Assembly: GCA_034521445.1 (NCBI GenBank)
Contig: JAXHMM010000010.1
Coordinates: 12,949 to 76,948, forward strand
Direction of reading: 5' to 3'
Source of the DNA: Balneolaceae bacterium
GTDB taxonomy: Bacteria > Bacteroidota > Rhodothermia > Balneolales > Balneolaceae
DNA length: 64,000 bases
Every line of letters begins with the position of its first letter. Position 1 is the stretch's first letter. Made by a program: the position numbers and the translations under genes. Under the pieces are notes generated by a model. It ran no database searches. It was not told where the DNA came from and saw nothing but the letters and a program-made list of their open reading frames with translations. Below are positions 1-10,432 of the stretch, one piece after another.

Positions 1-138
1 CTCCCAGCCGGAGGAGGCGTTCTGGGCTACGATAGGAGGCAGGCGGAAGATGCCGATCCCGATCACGATGCCGACGATCACGGCAATCACGTTCAGGATG
101 GTAAAGATTTTTCGGGGGGTACCGGGAGTCTGCTTCAT
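1..138 (-). CDS. APC-family amino acid permease, N-terminal fragment (gene continues past left edge of window)
   Basis: Own translation of minus strand from ATG at 138..136: MKQTPGTPRKIFTILNVIAVIVGIVIGIGIFRLPPIVAQNASSGWE. First TM helix with G-x-G-I-F motif, same layout as the N-terminus of the permease at 53769-55121. Too short for the ORF track. Confidence 0.5.
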   Translation of the reverse strand, partial: MKQTPGTPRKIFTILNVIAVIVGIVIGIGIFRLPPIVAQNASSGWE

Positions 139-153
139 TCAGGGAATTACCGC

Positions 154-996
154 TCAGTTCCGCGTTCCTGTCCACTGTGCCTTGGTGGTCGTATCTCCCT
201 GGTGGATCTGTGCGGTTCCGTCGACGGTTCCCCCTGAGGCGCGGCCGCTCAGGACGTATCGAAGGGATCCGTTGGTAATGATCAGACTCAGCCGCTCTCC
301 GTGCAGGCTGGCTTCCTCCACAGTCCAGGCGCTGCCGTCCTGATTCACGCTCACGCTGATTTCCTGGAAGCGTTGATCGATTTGGGCGGAGAGGGTGGAC
401 TTGCCCACCGTCCAGCTCCAGCTGCCGTCTATGCGTGCGGGGATGACCCAGTAGTAGATGGTATGCCGGCTGCCGGTCTGTGTTTCTACACTCTCGGTCA
501 CATCCGGCTCCCACTCGCCCATGTCAAAACTGTGCGAAACGATGCGGGTGCCGGGCTCCAGGGTTTCCAAGAGCCGGGGACGCAGCTTGCGGTTCACACT
601 GGTCAGCAGGTACATGGTAATGACGTTGGCGTCGCTGAAGTCGGTCTCGAAGATGTCCTCCCTCAGGAACATGACCCGGTCAGTTACGTTCTCCGCCGCG
701 GCGTTTTCACGGGCTTCCTCGACGCGCTCGGGATCCAGGTCAATGCCGTGTCCCATAGCGCCCATTCTGGCGGCGCTGATGACGATACGCCCGTCGCCGG
801 AGCCCAGGTCAATTACGTAATCACCAGGTTTCACGTCAGCCAGCTCTAGCATACGGTCCACCACCAGCTGTGGCGTGGGCACGTAGGGTACGTCGAGATC
901 CTGCGCCTGGAGCGGGACGGCTGCGGCAAGCATGGTTAAGACGGCGGCGCATAGGGTGAGCAGGGTGGCGCGTAGTGTACGGCTGATTGATTTCAT
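154..996 (-). CDS. class I SAM-dependent methyltransferase with N-terminal signal-like peptide
   Basis: 280-aa ORF. Basic N-terminus, hydrophobic core, AVPLQA/QD cleavage-like site; SAM motif I VIDLGSGDGRIV; about 110-aa beta-rich C-terminal domain. Confidence 0.8.
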   Translation of the reverse strand: MKSISRTLRATLLTLCAAVLTMLAAAVPLQAQDLDVPYVPTPQLVVDRMLELADVKPGDYVIDLGSGDGRIVISAARMGAMGHGIDLDPERVEEARENAAAENVTDRVMFLREDIFETDFSDANVITMYLLTSVNRKLRPRLLETLEPGTRIVSHSFDMGEWEPDVTESVETQTGSRHTIYYWVIPARIDGSWSWTVGKSTLSAQIDQRFQEISVSVNQDGSAWTVEEASLHGERLSLIITNGSLRYVLSGRASGGTVDGTAQIHQGDTTTKAQWTGTRN

Positions 997-1268
997 TCAG
1001 TATTACCTTTCATGTTGTGTTGGGATTACTGCGGCGAGAGAAGGGTGGTTCGGTACCGTCCCGATGGCGTCAATATATCTCCGATACATATAAAACGTGG
1101 CTTTCATTCCTTTAAGGCGCACAATAACAAATATTTAAAAAGATTTACAAAACAACTTTCGAAACCGGGCAGGGCGGCAGGGCTTCGGCCAGCGGCGGGA
1201 ACGGGGGGATGCCGGACCTTCAGACAGCCCTGCCAAAGCGGTATTTTCTTTGCCTTTTGCATCGATAA

Positions 1269-2879
<1,611 letters not shown>

Positions 2880-2889
2880 GAGCACAGCC

Positions 2890-3321
2890 ATGAACAGCTT
2901 TGAAGCGCAGTTACTAACCCCCGAGGGAAGCCTCTTCAGCGGCGATGTGACGGGCGTACAGGTGCCCGGTACCATGGGATCCTTCGAGATCAAGACCCTG
3001 CACGCAGATATCATTTCCTCGTTGGAGGTGGGGCGTATTCTGATCCGCCGGCCCGGCGGCGAGGATCTTTACTTCGCCGTCAGCGGCGGATTTGTGGAGA
3101 TGCACGACAACGTGCTCACCCTGCTGGCCGAGGCGGCCGAACTGGTGGAGGAGATCGACGTGGAGCGGGCTGAAGCCGCCAAAGAGCGGGCCCGTGAGCG
3201 CCTGGAGGCCGACGACAAGGAGATCGACAAGGATATCGACAAGGAGCGTGCCCGCAAGGCGCTGCAGCGAGCGGAGAATCGCATCAAACTGGCGGCCGAC
3301 TTCACGGTGACTACGAGATAA
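2890..3321 (+). CDS. atpC: F0F1 ATP synthase subunit epsilon
   Basis: ATG at 2890, 10 nt after the atpD stop: MNSFEAQLLTPEGSLFSGDV..., with a helical Lys/Glu-rich C-terminus typical of epsilon. The 5' part of the track ORF (from 2833) overlaps atpD and is discounted. Confidence 0.9.
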   Translation: MNSFEAQLLTPEGSLFSGDVTGVQVPGTMGSFEIKTLHADIISSLEVGRILIRRPGGEDLYFAVSGGFVEMHDNVLTLLAEAAELVEEIDVERAEAAKERARERLEADDKEIDKDIDKERARKALQRAENRIKLAADFTVTTR

Positions 3322-3357
3322 GTCGGAATGTCTTAAAGTCCGAAGTCGGGGAGTCCC
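3320..3357. repeat. AAGTC-octamer repeat block, inverted copy of the array at 4031-4103
   Basis: AAGTCGGAATGTCTTAAAGTCCGAAGTCGGGGAGTCCC. AAGTC-like cores recur every 7-8 bp. 3320-3340 is the reverse complement of 4063-4083 at 20 of 21 positions. Confidence 0.75.
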
Positions 3358-3362
3358 TTCCG

Positions 3363-3977
3363 TTAGCTTTGCCATTCGTTCTGCAGCAGTTTCTGGAATT
3401 CCTGCTGGAGGGTCTGCGTCCTGTCCTTTGCGTACCAGGTGTGTATTCGCCGCGCCCTCTCTTCCGATGAGATCCCATCACTTTTTTTCCAGGCTACCGC
3501 CTTCTCCTGCAGAGGCGCCGGACGCGGTCCCCATGTGCCCAGCTCCTGCAGGTTCTCCGCATGCAGACAGATAAGCTTGGGAATGGCGCGTCCCCCGTCC
3601 GTCAGGTAGCGGTCCATCAGGTCGGTGTGATCGTCGCGCAGCAGCAGCTTCAACTCGATGTTCGTCGCCTGATCGGCCATCCGGTTGATGGGCGGGATGT
3701 TCTGGGCGGCATCGCCGCACCAGGCTTCCGTCAGCACCAGCCACGTCATGGGCGCAGCGGTTTCCTCGAGCGCCTCTTCAAGCCCTGGGATGAGTTCCGT
3801 TCGTTTATCAAGTCGCTTCATGCGCTGCACGTTCATGCGCGTGTATTCCAGCATGGCCTCGGAGTGGTTCTCTCCCGTGGTTTTGTCCTCTTCCAGCAGC
3901 CTGTCGATCATCTTGCGGTAGGAGGTGTAGCTCATTGCCACATCCACATGGGTAGGGGAGACCGCAGGAGCGTCCAT
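3363..3977 (-). CDS. thioredoxin-like family protein, function unknown
   Basis: 204-aa ORF with a single-Cys thioredoxin-fold-like motif LTEAWCGDAAQNIPP. Alternative start at Met15 (3935). Confidence 0.7.
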   Translation of the reverse strand: MDAPAVSPTHVDVAMSYTSYRKMIDRLLEEDKTTGENHSEAMLEYTRMNVQRMKRLDKRTELIPGLEEALEETAAPMTWLVLTEAWCGDAAQNIPPINRMADQATNIELKLLLRDDHTDLMDRYLTDGGRAIPKLICLHAENLQELGTWGPRPAPLQEKAVAWKKSDGISSEERARRIHTWYAKDRTQTLQQEFQKLLQNEWQS

Positions 3978-4030
3978 ATCGGTATCCGACGGTGCGGTAT
4001 CAGGTGGGGTTATGGTACGATGCGTCCTTA

Positions 4031-4103
4031 GACTTCAAGACTTTCTGACTTCCCGACTTTCTGACTTTAAGACTTTCCGACTTTAAAGACTTTAAAGACT
4101 TTA
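4031..4103. repeat. tandem array of nine GACTT(T/C)NN units
   Basis: GACTT cores start at 4031, 4039, 4047, 4055, 4063, 4071, 4079, 4088 and 4097 (period 8, then 9 bp). AT-rich island between the PBP1A stop (4104) and the thioredoxin-like gene start. Confidence 0.9.
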
Positions 4104-6440
4104 TTACCAGTCTATGCGACCTTCACCCACAGTCTGCTGCTCGGCGCTGTCGGGCGGGGTGGGGGGCACATAGCCGGCCGGGGGCTGGAAGGAGTCGTAG
4201 CTCCAGGGGGCTTCGGGATCGCTGGTGGCGCGGTTGATGAAGGAGCCCACAATGGGAAGGGCGGTGCGTGCGCCCTGGCCGTACCAGGTGTCCTGCGGGA
4301 AGCGTATGCGGCGGTCCTCCCCGCCTACCCAGGCGCCCATAACCAGGTGGGGCATCATGGCAACGAACCAGTTGTCGGCCGAATTCTGCGTGGTGCCCGT
4401 CTTGCCCGCCACATCCTGACGCACCCCGTAGCTGTTCTGCAGGCGTACGCCGGTGCCGTACCAGTCCTCTCCGCCGCGGACCACGCCCCGCAGCATATCG
4501 GTCATCATGTAGGCTGTCTCGGCGCTGATCACCTCGCGCGTCATTTCGGGATGGTATTCCCGGATGATGTTGCCCTCCTTGTCCTCGATGCGCGTGATGG
4601 CGATGGGTTCGATGTGTACGCCCTCATTGGCAAAGGTGGTGTAGGCGCTGACCAGCTCCAGCAGAGAGACGTTGGCGGTGCCCAGTGCCAGGGAAGGGAC
4701 TGTCGGTGCCTGGCTCATGTCGATGCCCATGTTGGAGGCCATCTGCTTGATCTTTCGGGCCGCCGGGTAGAGATCCTCCAGCTGGGAGGTACCGCTGGCA
4801 CCGGCCAGTTCCGGCAGCAGGCGCACGGTTACGTTGTTCAGGCTGCGTCCCAGCGCCTGTGCCAGGGGTACCTGTTCGGGTCCCTCCGGCACGGTGGGAT
4901 CGGTGGGCGTCCAGGCGTTGCCCTGCCGGTCGTAGAATTTGGTCGGGTACTTGGAGAACCGGTGGTAGGGGCGGTAGCCGTTGTCGATGGCCACCGTGTA
5001 GACGAAGGGCTTGAAGGTGGAGCCGGTCTGCCGGCGCGACTGGTAGACGTGGTCAAACTGTACGTTGCCGTAGTCGGATCCCCCCACCCAGGCCATGATG
5101 TTGCCGTTGGAGGGATCGATGGCTACGAAACCGGCCTCCAGGCGCGTATGGGCCCGCTTGACGGAGTCCACGAAGGCCGAATCGGCCATCAGCTGCTCGA
5201 AGACCACCGACTCCTGGTCGGTGTTCAGCTTGGAGAAGGCATTCTTGTAGCGGTCGGTCTCGCGGATGTATTCCCGAAGGTAGGTGGAAAACCTGCTCCA
5301 GTACTCGTTCATGTACTTGTCACTGCCGGGCGTGGTCCACTCCTGCTGGAACTCCACCTGGAAGGTATCCAGCTTGGTTATAAGCGCCTCCTCGGCGTGG
5401 CGCTGCAGGCGCGAATCGATGGTGGTGTGGATGGTCAGCCCGTCTGTGTCCAGATCGTAGCCGTTGGCTTTGGCCCAGGGCTCAATCTGCTGGCGTACGT
5501 ACTGCCCGAAGTAGCGGGTCTCCCGGCCCGACCGCGAGGGGGGCTGGTAGTTCAGGACTATAGGCTGCTCTTTAAGATTCTCGTTGACCTCGGGTTCGAG
5601 GAACCCGCGTTTTTCCATCTGGTTCAACACGGTGTTGCGGCGGCTGCGCGCGTTGTCGGGATTTACGCGAGGATTGTTGGCGTAGATGGCCTGCAGGGAT
5701 CCCACGAGGGTGGCCGCCTCCGATATGGTAAGGTCCTTGGCCGGTTTGCCATAGTGGGTCTGGGCGGCCATCTCGATGCCGAAGGCGCTGTTGGGGAATT
5801 CCACCGTATTCAGGTACAGCTCGATGATCTCCCGCTTGGTGTAGTTCTGCTCGATGTCGATGGCGGTGATCATCTCCCGCAGCTTGCGCAGCACGGTGAT
5901 GCCGCGGATCTCCGGGTAAAGGTTGCGGGCCAGCTGCTGGGTAAGGGTGGATCCCCCCTGCACGCGCCCGTTGAGCAGGTGCCAGGGTATGGCCAGGGTG
6001 CGCACCATGTCGATGCCCCAGTGGTTGTAGAAGCGGTGGTCTTCGGTGGCGATAAGAGCGTCCACCACGTGGGGAGAGATCTCCTCCATAGGCACGTGGG
6101 TGCGGTTCTGCGTGTAGTACTTGTCCAGGATGGCCCCGTCGCGGCTCAGTACGGTGGAGGCCACCGCGGTTTCGGGATTCTCCAGCTGCTCGATGGAGGG
6201 GAGGCCCGTGAAGAGGTAGCCCACGAAGGCGGCCGTCAGCAACACAAAGACGGCCGCGGCGCCGGCGATGTAGCGTGCGCGGCGTGTGGAGAAGAAGTTT
6301 ATGAAAAAGCCGTTTCCACTGCCTCCGGCGGATGGGCCGTCCGATTCTCTGCGGCGCTCCTCGGACTTGCGCCGGCGGTATTCCGGGTCGTTGAAGTAGC
6401 GGTCCATGTCGTCGTCGGATCCGGGAGGTCGGTTACTCAT
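4104..6440 (-). CDS. mrcA: class A penicillin-binding protein 1A (transglycosylase/transpeptidase)
   Basis: GT51 motifs EDHRFYNHWGID and GGSTLTQQL; transpeptidase STFKP (SxxK) and KTGTT. Start placed at ATG 6440 (MSNRPPG...), 2 nt from the lpxH-like stop. The track start at 6491 would overlap that gene by 59 nt. Confidence 0.93.
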   Translation of the reverse strand: MSNRPPGSDDDMDRYFNDPEYRRRKSEERRRESDGPSAGGSGNGFFINFFSTRRARYIAGAAAVFVLLTAAFVGYLFTGLPSIEQLENPETAVASTVLSRDGAILDKYYTQNRTHVPMEEISPHVVDALIATEDHRFYNHWGIDMVRTLAIPWHLLNGRVQGGSTLTQQLARNLYPEIRGITVLRKLREMITAIDIEQNYTKREIIELYLNTVEFPNSAFGIEMAAQTHYGKPAKDLTISEAATLVGSLQAIYANNPRVNPDNARSRRNTVLNQMEKRGFLEPEVNENLKEQPIVLNYQPPSRSGRETRYFGQYVRQQIEPWAKANGYDLDTDGLTIHTTIDSRLQRHAEEALITKLDTFQVEFQQEWTTPGSDKYMNEYWSRFSTYLREYIRETDRYKNAFSKLNTDQESVVFEQLMADSAFVDSVKRAHTRLEAGFVAIDPSNGNIMAWVGGSDYGNVQFDHVYQSRRQTGSTFKPFVYTVAIDNGYRPYHRFSKYPTKFYDRQGNAWTPTDPTVPEGPEQVPLAQALGRSLNNVTVRLLPELAGASGTSQLEDLYPAARKIKQMASNMGIDMSQAPTVPSLALGTANVSLLELVSAYTTFANEGVHIEPIAITRIEDKEGNIIREYHPEMTREVISAETAYMMTDMLRGVVRGGEDWYGTGVRLQNSYGVRQDVAGKTGTTQNSADNWFVAMMPHLVMGAWVGGEDRRIRFPQDTWYGQGARTALPIVGSFINRATSDPEAPWSYDSFQPPAGYVPPTPPDSAEQQTVGEGRIDW

Positions 6441-7236
6441 CGATGTTTGGTCTGTAGGGGCGCAGTTCGCCGTCGGCGTTGTTCCAGACAACGAGTGAGA
6501 AATCCTCCTTATTATAGAGGCAGAGGCTCCGGTGTCGGTAAAAGGTACCCAAATTCAGGAAGGTTCCGAAGTCGAAGGCGCGCATGCGCGGGTTGTGGTC
6601 ATGTCCGCAGATCACCAGGTCGAAGTCGGTGGCCTGCAGGAAGCGTTCCGCCCAGCCGTCCAGCACCCGCGTCTCATGTTTGGCTCCCTCGAAGCTGCGT
6701 GTAAGCCGTGAAAAAAGCCTCATCAGTCGGGTGCCCGTGCCGGGGGGCAGTATTTTCTGGTACCCCTTTACGAAGTTTTTGTTCCTCAGCAGGCGGTGCA
6801 GCGGGGGACGCTCCATGCGTTCGGGATGCTCCGGGTCGGGCAGGCCGTCCCCGTGCATGAGCAGTACCTTTTTTCCGCCCAGGACCTGCTCGCGCCAGCG
6901 GTGTTCCACGTCGAAACCGCAGGCAGGGAGACGGGGACCCGTCCAGCAGTCGTGGTTGCCGGTAATGTACAAGGTGGGCCGGGCCGGGTCGTTGAAGGCG
7001 CGGAAGCGCTCCAGCAGCTCCCCGCCCAAATCGGGCGCCCATCCGCGGTCGGCGTACTCCATCCAGTAGTCGAAGAGGTCTCCCAGCACGCAGATGCGGT
7101 ACCTGCGCGCCTCGCAGTAGTCGATCAGGCGGATCAGCGAGGCTTCAATACGCCGGTTGCGGGTCTCGTCGAAGCCGCCCAGGTGGGCGTCGGAGAGGAA
7201 AAGGATGCCTTCGGAGCCTTCGGGGGTGGTGGCCAT
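6433..7236 (-). CDS. lpxH: UDP-2,3-diacylglucosamine diphosphatase (LpxH-type metallophosphoesterase)
   Basis: 267-aa ORF. Calcineurin-like motifs LSDAHLG, LGDLFDYW, GNHD, HGD, GHDH in LpxH order. Confidence 0.7.
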   Translation of the reverse strand: MATTPEGSEGILFLSDAHLGGFDETRNRRIEASLIRLIDYCEARRYRICVLGDLFDYWMEYADRGWAPDLGGELLERFRAFNDPARPTLYITGNHDCWTGPRLPACGFDVEHRWREQVLGGKKVLLMHGDGLPDPEHPERMERPPLHRLLRNKNFVKGYQKILPPGTGTRLMRLFSRLTRSFEGAKHETRVLDGWAERFLQATDFDLVICGHDHNPRMRAFDFGTFLNLGTFYRHRSLCLYNKEDFSLVVWNNADGELRPYRPNIDE

Positions 7237-7257
7237 GGGGAAGGGGCGGGACCCCGG

Positions 7258-8277
7258 TTACTTCTTGCGTTTGATGATAAACTCAATGAGATCTTCGAAG
7301 GCCTGGCGGTCAGGACTGTCGGGCAGGGTATGCAGCATCTCGATGGCCTTGCTCCCGTAGCGGTCCATGATGGTGCGGGCATACTCCATGCCGCCTTTCT
7401 CGTGTACAAAAGCCACGATGTCCTCGATCTCCGAGGGCCTCTTCTTGCGCTTGCGCATGAGGTAGCGGATGCGGGTGCGCTCCATCAGTCCGGCGTTGTC
7501 CAGCGCCTTGATCAGCGGGAGGGTCACTTTGCGCTCCTGGATGTCGTTGCGCCGCGGCTTGCCGATATCGTCCACCCCGTAGTCCAGCAGGTCGTCGCGA
7601 ATCTGGAAAGCGATGCCCACGCACATGCCGATCTCGTGCATCTTGCGGTGTGTCTCCTCGTCGTCCGTCGTGGAGATTGCGCCGCACTCGCAGCAGGCGG
7701 CGATGAGGCTGGCGGTCTTCTCGGAGATCACCTTGAAATAATAGTCCTCGGTCATGTTGAAAAGACGGGCGGCCTTGAACTGGCGAAGCTCCCCCTCGCT
7801 CATGCTCTTGACAGCCTTGGAAAGCACCTTGAGCAGCCTGAACTCGTCGTAGTCCAGGGCGATGAGCAGCCCGTTGGAGAGCAGAAAATCTCCCAGCAGC
7901 ACGCTGGCCTTGTTCTTCCAGACCTTGTTGATGCTCAGGAAGCCGCGCCGGATCTCGGCCTCGTCCACCACGTCGTCGTGGATAAGCGTGGCCGTGTGAA
8001 GAAGCTCGATCATGGTGGCCGCCACGTAGCTTCGCTCGGTGACCTCCCCGAAGAGACGGGCCGACATGAAGACCAGGGTGGGACGGATCTCCTTGCCTTT
8101 CTGGCGCAACAGGTATTGTACGAGGCGATCGAGCACAAAAACGTCGGTGCGCAGGGCCTCCTTGTAGAAGGAGCGGAAGTCGCCCAGGTGATCGGAGACC
8201 GGCGAGGTGATCTCCCGGAGCGTTTTCCGGCCGTCCCGTTTGAAATTGGTGGCCTTATCCAGTTGCGTGTCAATCAT
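7258..8277 (-). CDS. long-chain polyprenyl diphosphate synthase (IspB-like)
   Basis: 339-aa ORF with both aspartate-rich motifs: LIHDDVVDE and IRDDLLDY. Confidence 0.9.
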   Translation of the reverse strand: MIDTQLDKATNFKRDGRKTLREITSPVSDHLGDFRSFYKEALRTDVFVLDRLVQYLLRQKGKEIRPTLVFMSARLFGEVTERSYVAATMIELLHTATLIHDDVVDEAEIRRGFLSINKVWKNKASVLLGDFLLSNGLLIALDYDEFRLLKVLSKAVKSMSEGELRQFKAARLFNMTEDYYFKVISEKTASLIAACCECGAISTTDDEETHRKMHEIGMCVGIAFQIRDDLLDYGVDDIGKPRRNDIQERKVTLPLIKALDNAGLMERTRIRYLMRKRKKRPSEIEDIVAFVHEKGGMEYARTIMDRYGSKAIEMLHTLPDSPDRQAFEDLIEFIIKRKK

Positions 8278-8378
8278 TTACTTGGGGTGAACCCGGCGAA
8301 GCGATGAAGGTGAATAAAAGTTGAAATTTAACAATTATTCAACTTATATAAACCCAATTCCAATCTTCCCGAGCACCC

Positions 8379-9665
8379 ATGCTGAACGTCGACACCTCTC
8401 CCGCCCGCAGCCATCTAGACGACACGGCCCTGCAGTCCGCCGAATCGCGCGTGAACGAAGCCTGGGCGCAACTCCAAAGCGGGGAGGGCCCCGGGGCCGA
8501 ATGGCTGGGCTGGCGCAGCATGCTGGCCGACCCCAACGACGCGGAGCTGGAGCGAATCGACGCGCTGGGCGGGGAGATCCGCGAGGAGGCCGACGTGCTG
8601 GTGGTCTGCGGCATCGGGGGGTCCTACCTGGGCAGCCGCGCCCTGGTGGAGGCCCTGGCGCCCCGCTTCGAAGCAAAGCCCGAGATTGTTTACGCCGGAC
8701 GCGACCTCGACGGCGGCTACCTGCGCGAATTGACCGGCTGGCTTGAGCGGCCCGGACCCGAGGGGGAGCCCCGCAGCGTCTACCTGAACGTGGTCTCCAA
8801 ATCGGGCACCACCCTGGAGACCGCCCTTGCCTTCCGCGTGCTGCGCGCCTGGATGGAGGAGCGCTACCCCGGCGAGCTGGCACGCCGCATCATCTGTACT
8901 ACGGGGCAGGAGGGAGGCGCCCTCAACGCCCTGGCGCGTGAGGGCGGCTACCGCACGCTGGCCATTCCGGAGGACGTGGGGGGACGCTTCTCGGTGCTCA
9001 CGCCCGCCGGACTGCTGCCCGCCGCCGCGGCGGGCATCGACATCCGCACCCTCTACTACGAGGCAGTCTCCCGCTACAAGGAGCTGGAGGAGGACCCGGC
9101 CCCGGCGGTGGACTACGCCGCCACGCGCCTGGCCCTGCACGAGGGCGGTACGGCGGTGGATCTGCTGGCGGCCTTCGAGCCGCGCCTGCACGGCATGGCG
9201 CGCTGGCTGCAGCAGCTGCTGGGGGAGAGCGAGGGCAAGAAGGGCAGGGGACTTTTTCCGGCTGTGGCCACCTACAGCACCGACCTCCACAGCCTGGGAC
9301 AGATAGTGCAGCAGGGACGCCGCAACCTCATGCAGACCTTTCTGCGCGTGGAGTCCATGCCGCACACCCCGCGGGTGCCGCGCGAGGACGACGACCTGGA
9401 CGGCCTCAACTATACCGCCGGCCGGAGTTTCCACGAAATCAACCGCCGTGCCTTCCGGGGCACCCTCCAGGCACACAGCGAGGGCGGCGTGCCCTGCATT
9501 ACGGTTTCCCTCGACCGGCTGAACGCCCAGCACCTGGGCGACTTCATCTATTTCTACGAGCTTGTGACGGCTATTTACGGCTATGCCCTCGGTGTGAACC
9601 CTTTCACCCAGCCCGGGGTGGAAGACTACAAGAAAGCTGTGTATCATCTGCTGGGGCGGGAGTGA
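8379..9665 (+). CDS. pgi: glucose-6-phosphate isomerase
   Basis: 428-aa ORF. Sugar isomerase motif CGIGGSYLGSRA and conserved LLGESEGK region. Confidence 0.9.
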   Translation: MLNVDTSPARSHLDDTALQSAESRVNEAWAQLQSGEGPGAEWLGWRSMLADPNDAELERIDALGGEIREEADVLVVCGIGGSYLGSRALVEALAPRFEAKPEIVYAGRDLDGGYLRELTGWLERPGPEGEPRSVYLNVVSKSGTTLETALAFRVLRAWMEERYPGELARRIICTTGQEGGALNALAREGGYRTLAIPEDVGGRFSVLTPAGLLPAAAAGIDIRTLYYEAVSRYKELEEDPAPAVDYAATRLALHEGGTAVDLLAAFEPRLHGMARWLQQLLGESEGKKGRGLFPAVATYSTDLHSLGQIVQQGRRNLMQTFLRVESMPHTPRVPREDDDLDGLNYTAGRSFHEINRRAFRGTLQAHSEGGVPCITVSLDRLNAQHLGDFIYFYELVTAIYGYALGVNPFTQPGVEDYKKAVYHLLGRE

Positions 9666-9708
9666 ACAGCAACCACACAATCCTTATTCATACGGAGTCG
9701 CACCGAAC

Positions 9709-10386
9709 ATGAGCAGCGAAAGCACCGAGTCGAAGAGCAGCGGGGAATCGAAGGACGGCGAGAGAAATACCAGGTTCATCGCCATTGCAGGCAACATAGG
9801 CGCGGGCAAATCCTCCCTCACCGGACTGCTGGCCCGCCACTTCGGATGGGATGCCTTCTACGAGTCGGTAGACGACAACCCCTACCTGGCCGACTTTTAC
9901 GAGGACATGCGGCGCTGGAGCTTCAACCTGCAGATCTATTTCCTGTCCAGCCGCTTTCGCCACCAGAAGGAGATGCTGGAGAAGGATCACAGCTTTGTGC
10001 AGGACCGCACCATCTACGAAGACGTAGAGATTTTTGCCAAGAATCTCCATGAAATGGGTCTCATGGCCGACCGCGACTACCAGAACTACGAGGCCCTCTT
10101 CGAGGAGATGACCCGCTTCCTGAAGCCTCCCAACCTGCTGATCTACCTGAGGGCCCAGGTGCCCACGCTGGTGCGCCAGATCCAGCAGCGGGGCCGCGAC
10201 TACGAAAACTCCATCCGTATCGAGTACCTGGAGCGCCTCAACCGGCTTTACGAAGACTGGATCGACCGCTACCGGCACGAAAAGCTGATCATCGACACCG
10301 ACGATCTCGATTTTGTGAACGAGGAGGAGGACCTGGGACGGGTAATAGAACTGGTGGAACAACGTTTATTTGGCCTGTTTAATTGA
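9709..10386 (+). CDS. deoxynucleoside kinase
   Basis: 225-aa ORF. P-loop IAIAGNIGAGKSS; dNK-family pattern (YESVDDNPYL, QDRTIYED, YLERL). Confidence 0.85.
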   Translation: MSSESTESKSSGESKDGERNTRFIAIAGNIGAGKSSLTGLLARHFGWDAFYESVDDNPYLADFYEDMRRWSFNLQIYFLSSRFRHQKEMLEKDHSFVQDRTIYEDVEIFAKNLHEMGLMADRDYQNYEALFEEMTRFLKPPNLLIYLRAQVPTLVRQIQQRGRDYENSIRIEYLERLNRLYEDWIDRYRHEKLIIDTDDLDFVNEEEDLGRVIELVEQRLFGLFN

Positions 10387-10432
10387 TTGCAGGGTTTACC
10401 AATTATTCATAACTTTGCAGGCTGTTATTGTT

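Noticed and set aside
4031-4103. Considered whether the regular repeat array could be a CRISPR array
   Set aside because: The period is only 8-9 bp, there are no spacers, and there is no leader or cas gene. It is a microsatellite-like octamer array, not CRISPR.
4347-6704. 785-aa ORF on the plus strand
   Set aside because: It lies entirely antisense to the well-supported PBP1A and lpxH-like genes. Its composition is Gly/Ala/Arg/Val-rich low complexity, typical of shadow ORFs in GC-rich DNA, and it has no recognisable motifs.
8321-8883. Arg/Pro-rich ORFs (141 aa plus, 179 aa minus) at the pgi 5' end
   Set aside because: They overlap pgi in alternative frames or strands, and their extreme Arg/Pro/Gly composition is typical of out-of-frame GC-rich coding sequence.
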